This document shows positions 8,067 through 15,041 of a stretch of 29,327 bases of DNA, in pieces (within the stretch, counting starts at the first letter, position 1; the number at the start of each line of letters is the position of its first letter). Both the position numbers and the translations under genes were made by a program. The stretch comes from a virus. Lineage: Duplodnaviria; Caudoviricetes. Location of the stretch: IMG/VR virus record IMGVR_UViG_3300021424_002358, positions 1 to 29,327 of that record; one strand, written 5' to 3'. A model generated the notes under the pieces. That model was not told the origin of the DNA, did not search any database, and was given only the letters and a program-made list of their open reading frames with translations.

Positions 8067-10621
8067 ATTTTGTAAAACACTTCCAAAAGTATGATCTCGG
8101 TCTTCATGGCTTAAGGATGCCGGTCTTTGAAATTGATCAAAGGCATAAAGCAAGGCTAAACCTCGTCTCTTCTACCTCTAATTATGATTTCTTGAGGGCT
8201 TTAGCAAGAGAAGGTTTCCGTAAGCTTAATGTTGAAAAAGGAAATGACTTATATAATAAATATATTGAGCGCATCAATTATGAGTTACAAATCTTGCAAG
8301 AGTTGGAGTTTATTGATTACATTATTCTAATCTGGGATGTAATTAATTATTGCAGAGAAAACAATATCCCAACTGGCCCCGGAAGAGGATCTTGCGCTGG
8401 TTCTCTTCTCTTATTTCTCATTGACGTAACCAAAATTGACCCCATTAAATACGAATTATTCTTTGAGCGTTTTATTTCCAAAGCGAGAGCAAAGAAGACG
8501 GTCATTGATGGAATAACCTATTTTGATGGCTCGTTGTTCCCTGATGTTGATCTTGATATCTGTTATTATAATCGGCACAAGGTAATAGCTTATCTTGAAG
8601 AAAAATTTAAAGGTAAGACTTCTAAAATCCTTACTCTTAACACTCTAAGCTCCAAACTTTGCATAAAAGAATCTGGCAAAGTTATTGCAGAGAAGCAAGA
8701 GAGCGAGATGAATGATGTTTCCTCTTATATTCCCAAGCTTTTCGGACAAGTTAAAAGTCTTGAAGAAGCAGTTGAAGAGAGCGAAAAGTTTGCTGAATGG
8801 GTTGGCGATAATGATGAAGTTTATAAAATCGCCCTTAAACTTCAAAACTTAAATAAGAATAAAGGCGTTCATCCTTCTGGGCTTCTCCTAGCTCACTCTC
8901 CTCTTGAAGAATCTTGTCCAGTAGAACTATCTTCAGATAAGCAGATCGTTTCTAGTTACGACATGAATAATGTCACTGCTTATAATATCAAGCTTGATCT
9001 ACTTGGTTTGCGAGGCGTTTCTGTCGTTGACGACGTTTGTAAATCACTTGGTATTAGATATGAGGATATTGATGTAAATGATGTTTTTATTTACCAGCAA
9101 TTGCAGGATTTTAAATTACCTCATGGTCTTTTCCAAATTGAAGCAGAAACTAACTTTAAAGTCTGCCAAAAAGTAAAGCCTAAAAATCTAGAACAGTTAA
9201 GCGGTGTGTTGGCTTTGGCTCGCCCCGGCGCACTTCAGTTCATTGATAAGTACGCCAATTACACAAATAATAATCACTATGAAAGTATCCATCCTTTCTT
9301 TGATGACATCTTAGGTGTAACAGGAGGCGTTTGCTTGTATCAAGAGCAGTTGATGAAAATGGTGAGTAAGGTTGGGTTCTCTCTTGATGAAGCAGAAATT
9401 GTTCGACGCTGCGTAGGCAAGAAGAAGGTCGAAGAGATGAAAGAGTGGGAGCAGAAAATTAAAGATAAAATCTCTCAACAAAAACTTGACCCCAAAATTG
9501 GCGAAGTTCTCTGGAGAATTGCAAATGACTCAGCTAATTACCAATTCAATAAATCTCATTCAGTTGCCTATGCAGCACTAGCCGCAATTTCTATTTATCT
9601 TAAATTTAAATACCCCCAGCAGTTCTTCTTGTCTCTTCTTAAAATGAGCAAGCATGAACCAGACCCAATTGGAGAAATTTCTAAAATAGAGAAGGAACTA
9701 GTTTATTTTGGTATTAAACTTTTGCCGCCTCACTTGTTAAAATCAAAGGATGAGTTCTGCATCGAAGACGATAATATACGATTCGGCTTGCTGTCTGTAA
9801 AAGGAATTAGTGAAAAAACCATTCAAGCTGTCAATCAATTTAGAGGAGAGTTTAATAATAAGTTTGATATCTTTGAAGCCGCTTCTCAAGCAAATTTAAA
9901 TATAGGAGTTCTCTGTGCCTTGATTCAAGCAGGGGCACTCGACGGCAGTTTTAAACAATCAAGAAGTAAAATAGTATATGAAGCACAGCTTTGGAACATA
10001 TTAACTAATAAGGAGAAAGTTAATGCAAAACTATTCGCAGAGAATTTTGAGTATGACTTAGTTAAAATCCTTCTACATATGAAGGATAGCAAAGATATTC
10101 AAAGTAAACCTTACATCAAAGAATCAAGATTACAAACTCTCAGAACTAAAGCAGAGCCTTATAAAAAAATTTACGAGATCAACAGTAAATCAGAAAGCTT
10201 TGCGAATTGGTTCTATGAGAATTCTATTATCGGGTACAGCGTTAGAAATAAATTAAGAGAAGTTTTCATCTCAAAGAAAGATGATCTTGTCTATATTAAA
10301 GACATTGCGGACTTTGGAGAGAAAGACGAAGTATCATTTATAGGCACCATTCAAGAATGCAAGTCTGGAGTCTCTAGAGAAAAGAAGACTAGATACTTCA
10401 AGATGCAAATCTCTGATGAAACTGCTACAATAAATACAATGATCTTTGCTGATAAGATTGATGAAATGCAAAGTCTCAATAATAAAATGCCCAAAGAAGA
10501 GGATATCGTTATCGTTGTAGGGCAAAAGTTTGGAGACTCTGTTTTTGCTAGAACCGTAGCTATTCAAACTCACACTGTTTACACAAAACTTTCGCAATTA
10601 AAAGCCGAAAAAAATAATTGA
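8063..10621 (+). CDS. dnaE: DNA polymerase III alpha catalytic core (DnaE lacking PHP)
   Basis: GPGRGSCAGS, FERFIS, catalytic PDVDLD, GVHPSG, KLDLLGL, YQEQLM, FNKSHSVAYA, IRFGLLSVKGI and a C-terminal OB fold. Start placed at ATG 8063 (ATGA overlap with the exonuclease stop) rather than 8033. Confidence 0.93.
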   Translation: MNFVKHFQKYDLGLHGLRMPVFEIDQRHKARLNLVSSTSNYDFLRALAREGFRKLNVEKGNDLYNKYIERINYELQILQELEFIDYIILIWDVINYCRENNIPTGPGRGSCAGSLLLFLIDVTKIDPIKYELFFERFISKARAKKTVIDGITYFDGSLFPDVDLDICYYNRHKVIAYLEEKFKGKTSKILTLNTLSSKLCIKESGKVIAEKQESEMNDVSSYIPKLFGQVKSLEEAVEESEKFAEWVGDNDEVYKIALKLQNLNKNKGVHPSGLLLAHSPLEESCPVELSSDKQIVSSYDMNNVTAYNIKLDLLGLRGVSVVDDVCKSLGIRYEDIDVNDVFIYQQLQDFKLPHGLFQIEAETNFKVCQKVKPKNLEQLSGVLALARPGALQFIDKYANYTNNNHYESIHPFFDDILGVTGGVCLYQEQLMKMVSKVGFSLDEAEIVRRCVGKKKVEEMKEWEQKIKDKISQQKLDPKIGEVLWRIANDSANYQFNKSHSVAYAALAAISIYLKFKYPQQFFLSLLKMSKHEPDPIGEISKIEKELVYFGIKLLPPHLLKSKDEFCIEDDNIRFGLLSVKGISEKTIQAVNQFRGEFNNKFDIFEAASQANLNIGVLCALIQAGALDGSFKQSRSKIVYEAQLWNILTNKEKVNAKLFAENFEYDLVKILLHMKDSKDIQSKPYIKESRLQTLRTKAEPYKKIYEINSKSESFANWFYENSIIGYSVRNKLREVFISKKDDLVYIKDIADFGEKDEVSFIGTIQECKSGVSREKKTRYFKMQISDETATINTMIFADKIDEMQSLNNKMPKEEDIVIVVGQKFGDSVFARTVAIQTHTVYTKLSQLKAEKNN

Positions 10622-10646
10622 TAAATTGGTCTTTTTCAGGCAAAAT
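10618..10646 (+). promoter_or_regulatory. candidate sigma70-type promoter for the SSB-like gene
   Basis: TTGATA (10618-10623), 17 nt, CAAAAT (10641-10646). Weak -10; ATG at 10656. Confidence 0.35.
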
Positions 10647-10655
10647 AATGTCTGA

Positions 10656-11249
10656 ATGAACCTACAATTTTATAAGGGAAATGCAAAAGTAACTGGAACC
10701 GCTTGTTCTTTTCAAACAAAGGGAACCTCTTTGTTTGTTAACTTCATCAAGCAGCATTCTTGGAACGAAGCCAAGAAGCTCGGCTCTTTTCGTGAGAACG
10801 CAAAGAACCCAGAAAAGACTACTGTAATAAAGTTTAATGCAGTAGAGGCAGCAGGGATGGTAGACGCGATTGATCGCAATTCAGAATATAAGTTCTATCA
10901 CACTGCTCCTAATTCAAATGCAATGGGTAAACTCTGTCCTTATCTCAGAGATAATAATCAGATTGGATATTCCTTCAATGCTACAAAGGAGCAAAAGGGA
11001 GATTCAGTTAACAAGGTCAGCTTCTTGATTGGATTTACTTATGCAGAAGCCGTTATGGTTAAGGCTTTCTTGCTAGAGTTCATTAAGAGTACCTTCCATC
11101 CTCAAAACAGTGAGGACTCTGCACCAGCGGAAGAGTCTGCTCCAAGAGAACAAGCTCCAGCCAAGAAGCCGGTGTATAACAAGATTCAGTTACCTCAAGT
11201 AGCTGCCCAGACAGAGGCAGAAGGTCAAGCTGAAGAACTAATCTTCTAA
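10656..11249 (+). CDS. putative ssDNA-binding protein, Whirly/PC4-like fold with acidic tail
   Basis: Directly follows dnaE. FYKGNAK, KFNAVEAAGMV, KFYH, GYSFN and GFTYAEAVMVKAF parallel Whirly motifs. Pro/Ala/Glu-rich tail ends EELIF, like SSB C-terminal tips. Confidence 0.6.
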   Translation: MNLQFYKGNAKVTGTACSFQTKGTSLFVNFIKQHSWNEAKKLGSFRENAKNPEKTTVIKFNAVEAAGMVDAIDRNSEYKFYHTAPNSNAMGKLCPYLRDNNQIGYSFNATKEQKGDSVNKVSFLIGFTYAEAVMVKAFLLEFIKSTFHPQNSEDSAPAEESAPREQAPAKKPVYNKIQLPQVAAQTEAEGQAEELIF

Positions 11250-13156
11250 TGCGAAAGAAAAAAATAGTAATCCAAACCGATTGGTGTTTAGCCAAGACTG
11301 GGTTTGGTAGAGCAGCTAAGGAATTAATTTCGTATTTATACGATACTGGTAAATATGATATTATTCATTATTGCGCTGGAACACAAGCTGGCGCATCTAT
11401 CTTAGCTAAGACCCCTTGGAAGAGCATTGGGAGTATTCCTACTGATCCTAATGAGGTCAATAGAATTAATACTGATCAAACTCTTGCGAGAGATGTCTCT
11501 TACGGCTCGTACTATATTGATCAAGTAATTAAGGAAGAGAAACCCGATCTTTGGATCGGGGCACAAGACCCTTGGGCGTTCACCCAATACTATAATAAGC
11601 ATTGGTATAAAAATATCACTTCTTTGCTTTGGGTTACTCTTGATTCTTTGCCCATTTATGATGAAGCAATTAATCAGGCGAAAAAGACTTCACAGTATTG
11701 GATCTGGAGTGAATTTGCTACAAAAGAAATGCATAAAATTGGTATCAATAATGCCAGAACAGTGCATGGACCAGTAAATCATTCAAAGTTTGGTTATTTA
11801 GGAGCAGAGAAGAGGAGAGAGCTAAGAGGCAAGTTCGGTCTTCTTGATGGGTTTATTGTTGGTTTCGTTTTTAGAAATCAACTTCGTAAATCTGTCCCTA
11901 ATCTTCTTGAAGGATTCAGAGATTTTGTTAAAAATAATCCTGATGTCAAAAATGCTAAACTACTACTCCACACTCATTGGAGCGAAGGTTGGGATATTCA
12001 TAAACTTGCTGATGAATATAAGATAGACAAGAAAGACATTTTTACTACTTATGTCTGCAATAAATGTAAAAATTACTTTATAACTGCGTTCCAAGGGCAA
12101 GAATTACATTGCCCAAATTGCAAATCAGAGAAAAGTTGCTCTACAACGAGTGCTGGATTTGGAGTTTCAGAAGAACAGTTATGCGAGATTTATAATTTGA
12201 TGGATGTTTACTGTCATCCGTTTACCTCTGGTGGGCAAGAAATTCCTATCCAAGAAGCAAAATATTGTGAACTCTTAACTCTCGTTACAAATTATAGCTG
12301 TGGAGAGGACATGTGCCACCCTGAAGCTGCTTCTGTTCCTCTTGAATGGTCAGAGTATAGAGAGCATGGTACACAGTTTAGAAAAGCTTCTACCTATCCA
12401 TATTCCATTGCTAAGGAACTATACAGGGCATATAAGATGCCTGAAGCGGAGCGTAGAAAGATTGGTCAAAAGGCTAGGCAATGGGCTATCCAAAACTATT
12501 CTACTCCAGTAATTGGTAAAATATTTGAATCTTATATAGACTCTATTCCTTTTACTAATTATGATTTTTCTTTAAAGGAAGAAGAAAAAAATCCAAACGC
12601 TATTATTCCAAATATACCAGATAATGCTGAGTGGATTTTATTCATGTATCACAACATCCTTAAGATGACTCAAGTTAATGAAAATGACGACGGGTTTAAG
12701 CACTGGATGAAGAAATTGTCTGAAGGAGAGACTAGACAAAATGTTGAGAACTATTTTAGACAAGTAGCCACGCAAGAAAATCAAAAGAATCGAAAGATTG
12801 ATTTTGAAGAAATTTTAGATCCTAACGATAAAGGGAAACGCATTTTATTTGTAATGCCTGAAAGTATTGGAGATATTTATTTATGTACTTCTTTACTTGA
12901 GTCAATAAAAGAAACTTACCCTGAGTATAATTTATATTTTGCTACAAAGAAAGAATATTTTTCTATATTAGAAGCTAATCCTTACATCCATAGAGTTTTA
13001 GAATATATTCCTCAAATGGATAGTTTGCTATGGTTAGAAGGACATGGAAATCATAATGGATATTTTGAGATAGCCTTTTTGCCTCATATAGGAACACAAA
13101 AGATGCTAAATTATCTTCATAACGGTAAAGATAAGATCACATTCGATATTAAATAA
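11249..13156 (+). CDS. multidomain glycosyltransferase: GT4 (GT-B) with Zn-ribbon insert + DUF4214-like helical module + GT9-like N-terminal lobe
   Basis: KTGFGR, FRNQLRK, YNLMDVYCHPFTSGGQEIPIQEA (GT4); CNKC/CPNC; MYHNILK...DDGFKHWMKKLSEGETRQNVENYF; RILFVMPESIGDIYLCTSLLESIKETYP (GT9 N-lobe). Confidence 0.8.
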   Translation: MRKKKIVIQTDWCLAKTGFGRAAKELISYLYDTGKYDIIHYCAGTQAGASILAKTPWKSIGSIPTDPNEVNRINTDQTLARDVSYGSYYIDQVIKEEKPDLWIGAQDPWAFTQYYNKHWYKNITSLLWVTLDSLPIYDEAINQAKKTSQYWIWSEFATKEMHKIGINNARTVHGPVNHSKFGYLGAEKRRELRGKFGLLDGFIVGFVFRNQLRKSVPNLLEGFRDFVKNNPDVKNAKLLLHTHWSEGWDIHKLADEYKIDKKDIFTTYVCNKCKNYFITAFQGQELHCPNCKSEKSCSTTSAGFGVSEEQLCEIYNLMDVYCHPFTSGGQEIPIQEAKYCELLTLVTNYSCGEDMCHPEAASVPLEWSEYREHGTQFRKASTYPYSIAKELYRAYKMPEAERRKIGQKARQWAIQNYSTPVIGKIFESYIDSIPFTNYDFSLKEEEKNPNAIIPNIPDNAEWILFMYHNILKMTQVNENDDGFKHWMKKLSEGETRQNVENYFRQVATQENQKNRKIDFEEILDPNDKGKRILFVMPESIGDIYLCTSLLESIKETYPEYNLYFATKKEYFSILEANPYIHRVLEYIPQMDSLLWLEGHGNHNGYFEIAFLPHIGTQKMLNYLHNGKDKITFDIK

Positions 13157-13157
13157 T

Positions 13158-14330
13158 ATGCACATTTTAGAGCAATATTCTTTGACCTCTGGTGTCAAAA
13201 TTAAAAAACCTTATATTTACGAAAAGTTTTTCCCAATAACTGCTGACAAATATATAACATTTCATCCAAGTTCAAAACCTTCAAAGACTTATGATTACTG
13301 GCAAGAGGTTATTAATTTAGTAGCTCCTGTCTTAAATGAAAAAGGTATAAAAATCATTCAGTTTGGGCAACAAAAAGAAAAAGTATATGCCGGTGTTTTG
13401 AGTTTAGTTGGGCTTACGAACATTAATCAAACGGCTTTTGTATTGAGAGACTCCATGCTCCATTTTGGAGCCGACAGCTTCCCAACTCATATTGCTTCTG
13501 GATATGGGAAAAAAATACTCGCTCTTTATTCAAACAATTACATAAACTGTGTAAAACCATTTTTTGGTGACCCTAAAGATCATGTTCTCCTTGAACCAAA
13601 AAGGAATACTAAGCCTAATTTTTCTTTTGATGAAAACCCAAAGGCGATCAATAAAATAAATCCAGAAACAATTGCTAATAATATCTTAAATCTTCTTGAG
13701 ATACCTCATAATAATTCTATTAAAACTTTATTCTTTGGCTCAGAATATAACAACATGAGGCTAGAGATGGTTCCTAATCAGCTAGTTGACCCAAAACAAT
13801 TTAATTCTAATAATATCATCGTTAGAATGGATTTAGAACATAATGAAAAGTTTCTTAACGAGCAACTCCAAATTTGCCAATGTTTCATTATGACAGATAA
13901 AGCTATCTCTCCAAGCGCACTTCTTGGTAACAAAAAGAATATTGGAAGAATTTTTTATGAAATTAAAGAAGATAACGATATTGAATTTGCTAACTTCTTA
14001 TCTCATAACAATATTTCTTATCAACTATCTACTTATTTAACTGGTAAAGCTTTAGAAAATATAAAACTTAAGTATCTTGACCAAGAACATATTACCGAAA
14101 TGCCGACTAATCTTAAACAAAAGACTGGTATTGAATACACTTCTAATGCTTTCTATAAGTCTAATAAACGGTTAATTAGTAATAAAAAAATCTATTTGAG
14201 CGAATGTTCTTTAAAGAATGGACAAGAAGCCAAGCAACTTGCGGAACCAGTTATTGATTGCCCAGAGTTTTGGAAAGAAGTAGAAAATTTTTGGATTTTT
14301 AGAGTTGATAAGTCTACCTTTGCCACATAG
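13158..14330 (+). CDS. GT9 (heptosyltransferase-like) C-terminal lobe + unknown C-terminal domain
   Basis: ITFHPSSKPSKTYDYWQEVI, IIQFG, LVGLTNINQTAFVL, FGADSFPTHIASGYGKKILALY correspond to the GT9 DSGPxH donor-binding lobe. Confidence 0.72.
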   Translation: MHILEQYSLTSGVKIKKPYIYEKFFPITADKYITFHPSSKPSKTYDYWQEVINLVAPVLNEKGIKIIQFGQQKEKVYAGVLSLVGLTNINQTAFVLRDSMLHFGADSFPTHIASGYGKKILALYSNNYINCVKPFFGDPKDHVLLEPKRNTKPNFSFDENPKAINKINPETIANNILNLLEIPHNNSIKTLFFGSEYNNMRLEMVPNQLVDPKQFNSNNIIVRMDLEHNEKFLNEQLQICQCFIMTDKAISPSALLGNKKNIGRIFYEIKEDNDIEFANFLSHNNISYQLSTYLTGKALENIKLKYLDQEHITEMPTNLKQKTGIEYTSNAFYKSNKRLISNKKIYLSECSLKNGQEAKQLAEPVIDCPEFWKEVENFWIFRVDKSTFAT

Positions 14331-14333
14331 TAT
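14305..14333 (+). promoter_or_regulatory. candidate sigma70-type promoter, possibly giving a leaderless mRNA
   Basis: TTGATA (14305-14310), 17 nt, TAGTAT (14328-14333). Expected +1 falls at about the GTG start 14340. Confidence 0.45.
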
Positions 14334-14339
14334 ACCTAT

Positions 14340-15041
14340 GTGAATACTGTTAAAAAACTTGTCCGAAACTCTGATGGTCTCATTGATGGCGTTGAATACC
14401 ATTTTAATGATGACGGTTCCATTAACTGGCGCAAAATGATCAAGACTGAGTTCTTGGTGCCAAATCGTGACAGAACAAATATAACTGATGTAACTAAACT
14501 TGAAGATAAAGATCTACTTATTCTTCTTGGCGGCATTAAATACGTCGCTCAACTTAGAGGCTTTTTCTCTGTCGATTACACTGTCACCTCTCCAAGCCCT
14601 GATTATGTAGTCGCAGTTTGCAAAATTGACTGGATTCCAAATTACGAAACTGAAGGGACACCCGTTTCCTTCTCTTCAATTGGAGATGCTTCGCCCGGAA
14701 ATACAAAGGATTTTGCTCGTCATTTCTTAGGTCCAATTGCAGAGAATAGAGCTTTTATCCGTTGCGTTCGTAACTTCCTCAAGATTAATATCGTAGGCCA
14801 AGATGAAATTGGCAAGTCAAAGAATAATGTAGTTGATGATTCTATTGATTCTGCGCCTGTATTTGAGCCTCATGCTATTCTTGAAAAAGTAATGAAGGAA
14901 AAGAAAGTTACTTTTATTAAACTCAAAGAGAAACTAGTTAGTGAAAATTATGCAAACGCAGATTCTTTGATGTCAATCGCTGATATTCCAAAGATCAAGA
15001 TTTTTGAACTTATTGAAAGAATTCAAAAAGCTAAGAATTAA
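14340..15041 (+). CDS. putative single-strand annealing protein (Rad52/Sak-like)
   Basis: ILLGGIKYVAQLRG, VVAVCKI, SIGDASPGN, AENRAFIRCVRNFLKINIVGQDE resemble the Rad52-superfamily core. Small helical C-terminal domain; GTG start. Confidence 0.5.
   Translation: MNTVKKLVRNSDGLIDGVEYHFNDDGSINWRKMIKTEFLVPNRDRTNITDVTKLEDKDLLILLGGIKYVAQLRGFFSVDYTVTSPSPDYVVAVCKIDWIPNYETEGTPVSFSSIGDASPGNTKDFARHFLGPIAENRAFIRCVRNFLKINIVGQDEIGKSKNNVVDDSIDSAPVFEPHAILEKVMKEKKVTFIKLKEKLVSENYANADSLMSIADIPKIKIFELIERIQKAKN

Noticed and set aside
1480-10621. Inteins or introns in RecA, DnaB or DnaE
   Set aside because: Lengths are normal, motifs are contiguous, and no intein termini or homing endonuclease motifs were seen.
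10648-14343. Minigenes ATG-TCT-GAA-TGA (10648-10659) and ATG-TGA (14338-14343) overlapping the SSB-like and annealing-protein starts
   Set aside because: Both ATGs lie at or upstream of the predicted +1, and such triplets arise easily in AT-rich DNA. Not supportable without ribosome profiling.
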